Below, piece by piece: positions 42,601-50,946 of a DNA stretch of 64,000 nt. The notes below the pieces were generated by a model, which was given only the letters and a program-made list of their open reading frames with translations, made no database searches and was not told the origin of the DNA. The translations under genes and the position numbers were made by a program. Origin of the DNA: an uncultured Thiomicrospira sp. (GTDB lineage Bacteria; Pseudomonadota; Gammaproteobacteria; CAKMZV01); contig OZ239628.1 of NCBI GenBank assembly GCA_965195345.1, forward strand, positions 1,664,001 to 1,728,000, read 5' to 3'. Position 1 is the stretch's first letter; the number at the start of each line of letters is the position of its first letter.

Positions 42601-42780
42601 TCTTTGGCCATAGGCATAGGTGGAAAATCACTGATTTGGGGTCCCGTAGCAACCGCTATTGTTTCGGGATTATCTGTGTCGTCAATTTTGTCGGTATTTA
42701 CTATACCGATATTATATTTACTTACTTCGCAGAGGACGGGCTTCTTCAGAAAATCACGCCCCAAAAAACCAATCAGTTAA
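39679..42780 (+). CDS. RND efflux permease (AcrB family)
   Basis: 1033 aa, GMLVDDAVVVVE proton-relay motif, TTIAAFLP and PIIITTLTT motifs, two large periplasmic loops. Confidence 0.92.
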   Translation: MFFERFLKNHVLANLFFILVLTIGFLSYASLPRQQDPSINFNWINISTVLPGASAEIIEQKVTQILEEGLETVKDIKFVSSISRQNISSILIRFNDIDASTFEKRIQDIRRTLQNKRSELPSDATEPDVFEVTSSNAFPSATVIVTADNNDESLRLAAKQLRREISRLKRVDRVNPTGLSDPQINIEFDPDQLQKYELNVTEIATSLQQAMQDVSAGDINLQKSSWLVTLKGPTTNLEEIANIPIQTTQGEIPLSLIASASRGRSDPGSIVSFKGKPGIMLAVTKKDNSNTLLLVDEVKELLRKRNALSNNEIHYHLADDQTQLTLDAISVMENNFLIGLVMVLIVTGLFLGGKVALMTTLGIPFTVAGTFWALSVLGFTLNTSVLLAIVIALGMLVDDAVVVVESIYSRLRKNQSPIKATIDGISEVIAPVTTSVLTTIAAFLPLMLLPGILGKFLLVVPLVVTLALLISLIEAYWLLPAHVTMMKLNLNKPNRIGRMRNAFLKKIQTSYSKALIKFMRFPKTVLLFVTLLLFGSGASLAMGYIKLDFFASDTLRIYYINVKMPSDSSLENTMKVVNEVKGRAEKHLLPEETRSVVGYAGQLFTETEPLFGKQYGQLLVSLVPKGKGLRSVEEVIASMRKDVTSVQGAQEISILKLAGGPPAGKDISLKILGDDYSQIREATDALKDFILKNKEYVNVNDDDTPGTWGLNLKIDYEKARLFNISPQLIIFTLNALVDGIIVTNTFINNEFIDVRLQARQDRKGDDIKFLLEQTLTSPTGDQIILGELLKIETQKVKGNIRHYNFQRAITIEADIDKSLTDTLKANEKIRTHWESIAKKYPELSIDNSGALDDIQESLNSILTLFIFGIGLMYMILGTQFRSYFQPFLVLFAVPLAFIGVIVGLLLTKNPLSLFTLYGIVALSGIAVNAAIVLVATANRYRSNGMSPTLAIFYASRRRIIPIIITTLTTIAGLISLAIGIGGKSLIWGPVATAIVSGLSVSSILSVFTIPILYLLTSQRTGFFRKSRPKKPIS

Positions 42781-43138
42781 AAACGCGCGCGCAGCCATCC
42801 CAATTACGTAATTTTTTGGATAAAGCCAACACATCCGCCAAACGTCTCCAACGATTATGAAAAAAGACCATTGGACAGTGACTGCCATCAGGCAAAACAT
42901 CAATTAAAGTTTCCCACTCACTCACTGAGTTATAGCTCGGGTATTGATCGTTGCTTACCACATACGTGGGACCATTAAGCCTTTGTATTTCCTCAAGGAA
43001 AAAGTCATCCACTGATAACCAACGGCTACTGTGTTGATGATAAACTTCAAGCTCACCATAACTCTTACGCTCCTCTCCGTGCTTTGCAGCAAAAACAGGC
43101 AAGCAAAAAACAACTAATATACAAAATACTTTTTTCAT
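42773..43138 (-). CDS. Hypothetical secreted protein
   Basis: Signal peptide MKKVFCILVVFCLPVFA, AGGA RBS, 15 bp downstream of tas, two Cys in the mature part. Confidence 0.7.
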   Translation of the reverse strand: MKKVFCILVVFCLPVFAAKHGEERKSYGELEVYHQHSSRWLSVDDFFLEEIQRLNGPTYVVSNDQYPSYNSVSEWETLIDVLPDGSHCPMVFFHNRWRRLADVLALSKKLRNWDGCARVFN

Positions 43139-43153
43139 TCCTGTCCCATATTA

Positions 43154-44188
43154 TCAATAATTTCCTGGATTAGGGTATTGTTTAAACACATCATCAATAC
43201 GTTTTCGTATGTCTTCATTTAAAACTACTTCTGCTGATGCAATATTCTCTTGCAATTGTTCCAAATTTGTTGCCCCGATAATATTGCTTGTAACAAACGA
43301 GCGATCATTTATAAAAGCCAAACAGAATTTAGTTATTGTTGTACCTACCTCTTCCGCCAATGACTGATACATCGTCACTGCTGCATGCGTTCTTGGATTA
43401 TCATAATATCCCATCATGTCTGGAAACACGTGGAATCGAGAACCTTCAGGCTTAACACCTCCGCGATACTTCCCAGTTAACAAGCCACCCGCCAAAGGAG
43501 AATAGGCAAGAAGCCCGATATTTTCTGACAATGCAACTTCAGATAAATTTACTTCAAAATCACGCCGCACTATTGAAAAGCAGTTTTGACATGATACGAA
43601 TGGCTTCAATCCATTTTCTTTTCCTATGCGCTGATAGGTCATAAGCCCCCACGCTGTTTCATTCGACAACCCGATCTCTCGTATCTTTCCTTTTTTCACT
43701 AATGCATCAAGTTGGCTATACGCCTTTAGCATCTGCTCTTGAGCATTTGGTAAATACATAGAATCTTCATAATTCATTTTCCCCCACAATGGTACGCTGC
43801 GAGTAGGCCAATGTACCTGATACAAATCGATCACATCCGTTTGTAGCCGAGAGAGCGATGCATCAACTGCTAACTCTATATCACAATCGACACCTTTCCC
43901 CTCGCGTATCCAAGGAACGTGAGGACCTGTTATCTTGGTTGCTAATACAACTTGATTTCGTTTACCCGACTGCTTGAGCCAACGACCTATATAACGCTCA
44001 GTATCTCCGCTGGTTTCTTCCTTAGGGACAATTGGATATACCTCCGCCGTATCAATGAAGTTAACCCCATTATCAACGGCATAATCTAACTGTTCAAATG
44101 CCTCTACTTGTGTATTTTGTTCTCCCCATGTCATTGACCCAAGACATATTTTTGATACTTCTAAACTTCCCAATTTTCTTTTTTCCAT
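43154..44188 (-). CDS. tas: Aldo/keto reductase (Tas-like)
   Basis: ICLGSMTWGEQNT, FIDTAEVY, IDLYQVHWP, GLSNETAWG and AYSPLAGG motifs. GGAG RBS. Confidence 0.88.
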   Translation of the reverse strand: MEKRKLGSLEVSKICLGSMTWGEQNTQVEAFEQLDYAVDNGVNFIDTAEVYPIVPKEETSGDTERYIGRWLKQSGKRNQVVLATKITGPHVPWIREGKGVDCDIELAVDASLSRLQTDVIDLYQVHWPTRSVPLWGKMNYEDSMYLPNAQEQMLKAYSQLDALVKKGKIREIGLSNETAWGLMTYQRIGKENGLKPFVSCQNCFSIVRRDFEVNLSEVALSENIGLLAYSPLAGGLLTGKYRGGVKPEGSRFHVFPDMMGYYDNPRTHAAVTMYQSLAEEVGTTITKFCLAFINDRSFVTSNIIGATNLEQLQENIASAEVVLNEDIRKRIDDVFKQYPNPGNY

Positions 44189-44700
44189 TGCTCCCTTCCT
44201 TATGTGTATTTTGTTCTGTGTTTATTTTTAAATAATAAATCCGCTAGTCAAGCATTGCATAGAGATTAGAATGCTTCGCTCGTTATAAAATAATTTTTAA
44301 CTCGGTCTATTTCCGTTGATTAAGTCAATAATTTCGTACGTGATTTTCTCCTTTTCACCTCAACATTGGAAGTGTTTTTTATATACGTCCTCTTAATTTA
44401 AGCATAAGGATAATTGAAGCTTACTTTTTCCAAGAAATACGATGAAAGAGAAAAAATGACTTTTGCGTGCCCATGATTGATTCTCAAAGAAATTCTAAAG
44501 GCGATTAAAATCGCTTACAAAGACCTATTTTGGAGTTGGGTCAGGCAAAAAAAAAGGTTATGAAAAAACGTTAACTTGGAAAGCGTTTAAATCGATTTAA
44601 GAAAAATATAGACCACACTACTGGGAAGTCATTCTTCCAGACATATACGAAAAAATGTGCAGCTCTTACTATTTACCATCCACCACCAATTCTATGAAAT

Positions 44701-45093
44701 TTATTCTTCAGTTGCTGGTTCTGGCGTTGCTTCTTCGACTGATGCCTCTATTACTTCCTCTTCTTTAACAGCAGCAGGCTTGCTTAATTTTGGCTGATCG
44801 TTTGGAGTTTTCATGATCTTCTCAAATCTTGCAGGTAAGTCTTCGTGATTATTTTTTGCTGACAACTTAAACAATGATGCAACACGATCTGATGGCTGCG
44901 CACCTTGACTTATCCAATGCGAATAACGCTCTTGTTCTATGCGTAGTGAAGTTTCCTTACCACGTGCAATCGGGTTATAAAAACCCAAACGTTCAATAAA
45001 ACGGCCATCACGACTGGCTCTTCTATCAGCCACAACGATTGTATAAAAAGGACGCTTGTGCGCACCACCCCGAGCAAGACGAATAACTACCAT
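44701..45093 (-). CDS. rpsP: 30S ribosomal protein S16 with C-terminal extension
   Basis: [29 protein letters not shown] and GAQPSDRV motifs. Confidence 0.97.
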   Translation of the reverse strand: MVVIRLARGGAHKRPFYTIVVADRRASRDGRFIERLGFYNPIARGKETSLRIEQERYSHWISQGAQPSDRVASLFKLSAKNNHEDLPARFEKIMKTPNDQPKLSKPAAVKEEEVIEASVEEATPEPATEE

Positions 45094-45394
45094 TAATACT
45101 CCAAATGCAATTAAAACAAAACCTAAAATTTAAGAATGCCACCTTCAAAAAAGCGACAGAACTCATAGAGGTGCGCGATTATACCCAAAACAAACCAATT
45201 GAATACTGAATATTGCCCTTCGACTCCTTAAAGTTGCATGCATTAGCACAGAGGCATCGTATCTTTTTTGCCTTTTAAATGCATATCCAACAAGTAAATC
45301 GTTGCAGCCAAAAGGCAAACGATCGACTTCAACAGACAATTTATCTTTTTTTTATGGCATAATAAAATGCAACTAGGCTAGTTTATATTAAGAT

Positions 45395-46396
45395 ATGTTA
45401 ACTATGATAACTCTTTACTTTCTACTTACTGTTTTAGCAATTGCACTAGTTTGGCTCGCATCACTGCCTGGCAAATATACCGTTTCTCAAACCAAAACCA
45501 TTGAAGCACCCGTTGATCAAGTTTTCGATACAGTGCGCAACCTTTCCACATGGAAAAACTGGAATCCTTGGCTAATTCATGAGCCCGATGCCAAACTAGT
45601 CATTAGTGACAAACCTGCAGAAAAAGAAGGCTATTACACGTGGGAAGGCAAAGCCATTGGTGCGGGGAAAATGACCAATATCACGGTAGAAAAAAATCTA
45701 AGTGTCATTCAGAAGTTGGAATTTTTAAAACCTTTTAAATCACAAGCCGATGTGGAATGGATATTGCGGTCAACAGACGAAGGTACTCAAGTAACTTGGA
45801 CAATGAAAAGCGCGATGCCTTTCATAATGCGTCCAATGATACCCATGATTAAAAAAATGATTGCATCGGATTACAAAATAGGTCTGATGATGCTCGATCA
45901 GCATATTAATCCTAAAGCAGACGTTTTTCAATTGGATTTTAACGGCAAGCAGTTGTGCGAAAAAATTTCAGGCATTTCAAAAGACTGGCAAGGATCTTTC
46001 AACGACATAGCAACTGCCATGAGCAATGGCTTTGAAGAATTAATGGAAGAAGTGAGTAAAAATAAACTAGAAGTAACTTCCCCTCCTCTATCGATGTATG
46101 AAAAAGTAAATTTGAAAAAAATGACCACCAAGTGCAGTATGATTATTCCAACCGATCTAACCGCCGTTCCTGGTCATTTAAGCAGCACTGAAATTCCGAG
46201 TGGATCTTATTATAAGGTGACATACAAAGGCTCTTACGAACACTTGTCTGAGGCATGGTATGCTGCGTATTCACATCTACGGATGCACAAAATAAAAAAT
46301 GACAAAAAAAGATCAAGCTATGAGGTGTATCTAACAGACCCTCAGAGCACAACAGCCAATGAAACAATTACTGAGCTTTATTTACCGATCAAATAA
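45395..46396 (+). CDS. Membrane-anchored SRPBCC plus GyrI-like small-molecule-binding protein
   Basis: N-terminal TM, I.AP.DQVF..V.....W..WNPW (SRPBCC), then YKGSYEHL..AW and YEVYLTDP....TELYLP (GyrI-like). Confidence 0.85.
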   Translation: MLTMITLYFLLTVLAIALVWLASLPGKYTVSQTKTIEAPVDQVFDTVRNLSTWKNWNPWLIHEPDAKLVISDKPAEKEGYYTWEGKAIGAGKMTNITVEKNLSVIQKLEFLKPFKSQADVEWILRSTDEGTQVTWTMKSAMPFIMRPMIPMIKKMIASDYKIGLMMLDQHINPKADVFQLDFNGKQLCEKISGISKDWQGSFNDIATAMSNGFEELMEEVSKNKLEVTSPPLSMYEKVNLKKMTTKCSMIIPTDLTAVPGHLSSTEIPSGSYYKVTYKGSYEHLSEAWYAAYSHLRMHKIKNDKKRSSYEVYLTDPQSTTANETITELYLPIK

Positions 46397-46652
46397 TCTA
46401 TAGTCATTGGCGAAGTGTGCAATTTGAATGCAGAGTAACCCTCACAAACCCTTCTAATCATAAATTAACATGAAAGCTACTCCACTTTTGATGATTGCTT
46501 TCTATTAGCATTGGAATTGTGTTTTTATTCTATATAATCCCCCCAAACACCTAACATCAACATCTGATAAAAAGCATAAGAAACATTTAGTTTCCATTTC
46601 ACAGGAATCATTCTATTAAATCAATGTAACATTAAATGTTACACGATAGCAA

Positions 46653-47633
46653 TTATGTATGATTTTTCAGTGCCCTCTGTATTCGATCTCGAATCCTTTT
46701 GCGAAGGGACTCTGGCTCAAGTACTGTTACGTGCTCGCCAAATCGCAGAATTTCAGACTCCAGCTCAATACTAATGTGATAAGGAATCATCAATTGATAA
46801 CTACCGTCGGCTAACTGTCTTCCTATTTGCTTAGAATGCCATCTTTCAAAACAAACCCAATGGGCAACGTGGGGTGAAAATAGCAATACAGCAGTATTTG
46901 ATGCCTCACCAGAAAAAATACCGAAAGAACTGACTCGATTCTGATACTGTTGTTCGGATAAAACAGGTAATTGTGCTTTACGTCGACTGCCTTTAAGCTC
47001 CTTAACACGTTCAACAGCAAATACCCTCCAATCATTGCGCATATGACAAAAAGCGTCAATGTACCAATTATTTCGATAATTCAGCAATTGTTGAACAGAT
47101 ACACAGCGTTGTGTAGCATTATTTTCTCCATCGATATATTCTATAAACAGTTGTTGTTGTTTAGCAAGCGCATTGTATATACGCTGTAGCACTTTTGAAT
47201 CAACCGTTCGACTATTTGCTGGAATGAATTGAATAGCTGGAACATTATTGCTCGTCGCATTTTTTTCCATACCTTTTTGCAAATAATCGGCCAATGCCTT
47301 TGTCTTAAATGCAGGGTTTAATTTCTCAAGACGCAAATCTTGTAACAAAACCAATAATTGTATGACTTTACCAATTCTTTCAGGGGACAAGTTAGGCTCT
47401 GAAAAAGGAGTATGGGTTATTTCATACCCCTCTCTGTGTGCGTTATAGTCGATGTTATATCCGTATATCCTCTCGACCTTTCGAATCAATCGATTCAACT
47501 GCATTCGACTGCAACCCATTTCAATTGTCAACTCAGTTGTATTGGGGAAGCTTTTATGTTTTAAGCGCATAAGTAGATGCTGAATTTTTTCAGCATGACT
47601 CATTGGTTGAGCAACCCTATTAGACAACGTCAT
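46653..47633 (-). CDS. WYL-domain transcriptional regulator (wHTH-WYL-WCX, DriD/PafBC-like)
   Basis: N-terminal HTH, NWYIDAFCHMRNDWRVFAVERV, WH..Q, and ILRFGEHVTVLEPESLR at the C-terminus. Confidence 0.92.
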   Translation of the reverse strand: MTLSNRVAQPMSHAEKIQHLLMRLKHKSFPNTTELTIEMGCSRMQLNRLIRKVERIYGYNIDYNAHREGYEITHTPFSEPNLSPERIGKVIQLLVLLQDLRLEKLNPAFKTKALADYLQKGMEKNATSNNVPAIQFIPANSRTVDSKVLQRIYNALAKQQQLFIEYIDGENNATQRCVSVQQLLNYRNNWYIDAFCHMRNDWRVFAVERVKELKGSRRKAQLPVLSEQQYQNRVSSFGIFSGEASNTAVLLFSPHVAHWVCFERWHSKQIGRQLADGSYQLMIPYHISIELESEILRFGEHVTVLEPESLRKRIRDRIQRALKNHT

Positions 47634-47676
47634 AGGCTAACCGCAAAAACCATCATAATGCATCCACCGCACCATA

Positions 47677-47704
47677 AACATAATACTGTAAACCCGCTTG
47701 TCAA
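47677..47704 (-). promoter_or_regulatory. Putative sigma70 promoter of the WYL gene
   Basis: Minus strand TTGACA, 16 bp spacer, TATGTT, ending 44 bp before the ATG. Confidence 0.45.
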
Positions 47705-48078
47705 ATATGTATTGATTTTAAGTCACTAAGCATAATAATATGTTTAAAAAAACCACATCAGTTTCTGAGAAAAGTTTTTTCTACTCTAATATATCAATGC
47801 ACTTGGGAGTCTACTTCCAACATTCATCTTAACTCAGCCAAGGCTAAGTAAGAAGAGCTCAGCAAGTATACTTTTTGTATTTTACACTTGAGTTTGAAGC
47901 GACTTATATATCAGCATATTAACAATTTCTCCATCAAGAAACCAATTTCCCTGTTAGAAGCATATTAAAGGAGATTGTAAATATTCCCTCAACACCTAAT
48001 TTATCACCGTTATTAGTTGTTATCGCTCGTCTTTTAAATCAAATAAGTACGCATATCCAGCATTTATATCGGTATGCT

Positions 48079-48561
48079 CTATTGAATTTCTTCATTAAGT
48101 AATTTTTGGTTTATAAGCCCAGCCTTCTTAAAAGTCAATTGCCCCTGCGGATTCAAGATATAAGTTTGAGGTAAACCAAACACTTTACCGAAAGGAGTCT
48201 CTCCACTCAAATTATTAGAATGAACGATAGGGAAATTAATCCCTAATTTTGTTGCGAATTTTTGAACACCATCTGCGTCTATATCTTCAAAGTTCACTCC
48301 AATAACAGTGGCTTTTCCCGTCGGCAAATGCTGTTGATAAAAAGCTTCCAAATCAGGCATTTCCTTGCGGCATGGAGGACACCATGTTGCCCAATAATTG
48401 ACAATCACCCACTTTCCCCTTAAATCAGCCAATGCTAATTTCTGACCATCAACCGTATTCCATTCTGCATCAACTTGAACGTTCTTCTCACCGTCATTTG
48501 AGCATCCGGTTACTAAAAAAAGGATTATAGTCAGTCCCCAATATATATTTTTCACTTTCAT
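48079..48561 (-). CDS. TlpA-family thiol-disulfide oxidoreductase lipoprotein
   Basis: Lipobox VTGC, VNYWATWCPPCRKEMP and LPQTY motifs. Confidence 0.92.
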   Translation of the reverse strand: MKVKNIYWGLTIILFLVTGCSNDGEKNVQVDAEWNTVDGQKLALADLRGKWVIVNYWATWCPPCRKEMPDLEAFYQQHLPTGKATVIGVNFEDIDADGVQKFATKLGINFPIVHSNNLSGETPFGKVFGLPQTYILNPQGQLTFKKAGLINQKLLNEEIQ

Positions 48562-48649
48562 TTTTTCCTAAAGTTAAATGGTATTTGTAACGCCTGTTAA
48601 ATATACGCCTTTTCGAATTCAATCTTTCGCATACAATACCATATAACCT

Positions 48650-49009
48650 ATGAATTCTCCTTGGCTTAAATATTGGCGTCTTAGTACTGTTTTGGCTATT
48701 AGTTGGTCATTACTATGGTTCATTTTCTTGAACCCATCTCAATATGTTCAACCAATGGTTCAGGTTTTTTGGCTAGTCACGCCTTGGGCTTGGCTTCATT
48801 GGTGGGCGCGTAACGGTCATTATAAACCCATATTTTTAGCGCAGTTATTAACCATTCTTTTCGCAGTTTTCAGCATGAGTTATTTAGTTGGCAACCAATA
48901 TATATATGCTCTGATTGCTGTATTGCTTTGGTTCATTCTTTTTTACGTTGGCTTTAAACACCTTAAAATCATCAAACAAACTCTCACTCAACAATTCGAT
49001 GCAAAATAG
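48650..49009 (+). CDS. Small four-TM membrane protein (possibly DUF2069-like)
   Basis: Four hydrophobic segments, and the stop overlaps the purB start. Confidence 0.6.
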   Translation: MNSPWLKYWRLSTVLAISWSLLWFIFLNPSQYVQPMVQVFWLVTPWAWLHWWARNGHYKPIFLAQLLTILFAVFSMSYLVGNQYIYALIAVLLWFILFYVGFKHLKIIKQTLTQQFDAK

Positions 49010-50360
49010 TTTACTCGCTTTATCTCCTTTAGATGGCAGATATCATACAAAAATTTCTGAATTAACAACGTACTTCAGCGAATATGCACTAATTCGCAAT
49101 CGTGTACGCGTAGAGATCGCATGGCTGATAACCCTTTCCGAATGCCCAGAAATAACTGACATTCCCTCTCTCAGTAATACTGCCAAAAAAAAACTAGATG
49201 ATATTATCGACGCCTTTGACGTAGAACAGGCCGTTATAGTAAAAAATCACGAATCCTCCACTAATCACGATGTCAAAGCGGTCGAATACTATTTAAAAGA
49301 AGCAGTTTCAGATAATGAAGAACTGAAAAAAATCAGCGAATTTATCCATTTCTCTTGTACCTCTGAAGATATCAATAACCTTTCATACGCCCTTAGCATT
49401 CTGGAATCACGCGCTGTTATCAACCAACAGCTTTCAACTATAACAGGTACCCTTCGACTGATGTCGCATGCATTAGCAGGCACATCCATGCTTGCAAAAA
49501 CGCACGGACAACCCGCATCGCCGACCACTATGGGCAAAGAACTAGCCAATCTCCTTTTCCGTATTGAAAAACAGATAAATCAACTCAATGAAATAGATAT
49601 TTATGGCAAGTTCAACGGCGCAACAGGTAATTTCAACAGCCACTTTTGCGCCTATCCTGAGGTTGATTGGGAGAAAGTCTCTGCCCAATTTGTCCAAAGC
49701 ATGCACTTGACATGGAACGCATACACGACTCAGATCGAACCACACGATTATTATGCAGAGTACTTTCATAATCTGATGCGCATAAACACTATCTTGATTG
49801 ATCTTAGTCGTGACATGTGGGGCTATATTTCATTTGGTCTTTTCAAACAAAAAGTTATTGCCAATGAAATTGGATCATCAGCAATGCCTCACAAAGTCAA
49901 TCCTATTGATTTTGAAAATGCTGAAGGCAACCTTGGACTTTCGAATGCTTTACTTGCCCACATGGCAGACAAATTACCTGTTTCCAGATTTCAAAGAGAC
50001 CTAAGCGACTCCACCGTTCAGCGGAATATCGGTTCTGCAATCGCTTACGCACTCATTGCTTGGAAAGCATTAGCAAAAGGATTGACGAAATTAGAAATCA
50101 ACTCCAAACAGATACAAAATGAACTTGATGCCAATCCTGAAGTTTTAGCTGAAGCGGTACAAACAGTTATGCGCCGTTATGGCATAGAAAAACCATACGA
50201 AAAGTTGAAGCATTTAACCAGAGGCAAACAATTTGATAAGCAGGCATTTAAAGTGTTTATTCAAAATCTTGAAATCCCCAAAGAAGCCAAACAACGTTTA
50301 CTATCGCTAAAACCAGAGGGATACATTGGAAATGCAACGGACAAAGCACGTTCAATCTGA
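48999..50360 (+). CDS. purB: Adenylosuccinate lyase
   Basis: ALSPLDGRY, TNHDVKAVEY and GSSAMPHKVNPIDFEN motifs. Start placed at MQNSL. Confidence 0.97.
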   Translation: MQNSLLALSPLDGRYHTKISELTTYFSEYALIRNRVRVEIAWLITLSECPEITDIPSLSNTAKKKLDDIIDAFDVEQAVIVKNHESSTNHDVKAVEYYLKEAVSDNEELKKISEFIHFSCTSEDINNLSYALSILESRAVINQQLSTITGTLRLMSHALAGTSMLAKTHGQPASPTTMGKELANLLFRIEKQINQLNEIDIYGKFNGATGNFNSHFCAYPEVDWEKVSAQFVQSMHLTWNAYTTQIEPHDYYAEYFHNLMRINTILIDLSRDMWGYISFGLFKQKVIANEIGSSAMPHKVNPIDFENAEGNLGLSNALLAHMADKLPVSRFQRDLSDSTVQRNIGSAIAYALIAWKALAKGLTKLEINSKQIQNELDANPEVLAEAVQTVMRRYGIEKPYEKLKHLTRGKQFDKQAFKVFIQNLEIPKEAKQRLLSLKPEGYIGNATDKARSI

Positions 50361-50503
50361 CTTCAACATTTAATACCCACCGAACAAACTCTTCTTATTG
50401 ATATTATTAGCCATAAGGCTATTAGAAAAGATAACCCTTAGTAGCTGGTAGCTCGCATTTTCCTATAATCCATTAAGCGAAAAACAGTACAAGGTTGTTT
50501 TGT

Positions 50504-50734
50504 TTATGATTCGTCCTGTTCTTTAGACTTACGGACCAACGTTTCAATCATCCCGATAACAATGCGTACGTAAATGAATGTTCCTAGCAACAACACAGGA
50601 TGATCTGCCATTGCAGGAAAATCAATCCACAATTTCAAAGGAAATGCAAAGGAGACAATGAATGCAACGATTCCCCAAGGACGATTAAAATCCATCCATA
50701 GAAAAAATTTTAATGCCCAGTAGTACATATCCAC
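50504..50734 (-). CDS. Small hypothetical membrane protein
   Basis: 76 aa with two hydrophobic segments and a charged tail, filling an otherwise empty gap. Confidence 0.5.
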   Translation of the reverse strand: MDMYYWALKFFLWMDFNRPWGIVAFIVSFAFPLKLWIDFPAMADHPVLLLGTFIYVRIVIGMIETLVRKSKEQDES

Positions 50735-50946
50735 ATAACGAGATTAACCAAGATAAGCGGGGAATGATTAGCAATCATCAATTTAACCATTTTCTCTACA
50801 TATCGGCATCAATAAAAACCCTAACAATGAAGGAGCGTTTAATAACTTATAGCGCTGGTGCATTGATTTCATATAAAAAGTCACGATTATTTAAATCTAT
50901 GAGAAAATGCCAGTAAATTTGCAAACCCACTACTAAAGGTAACATT

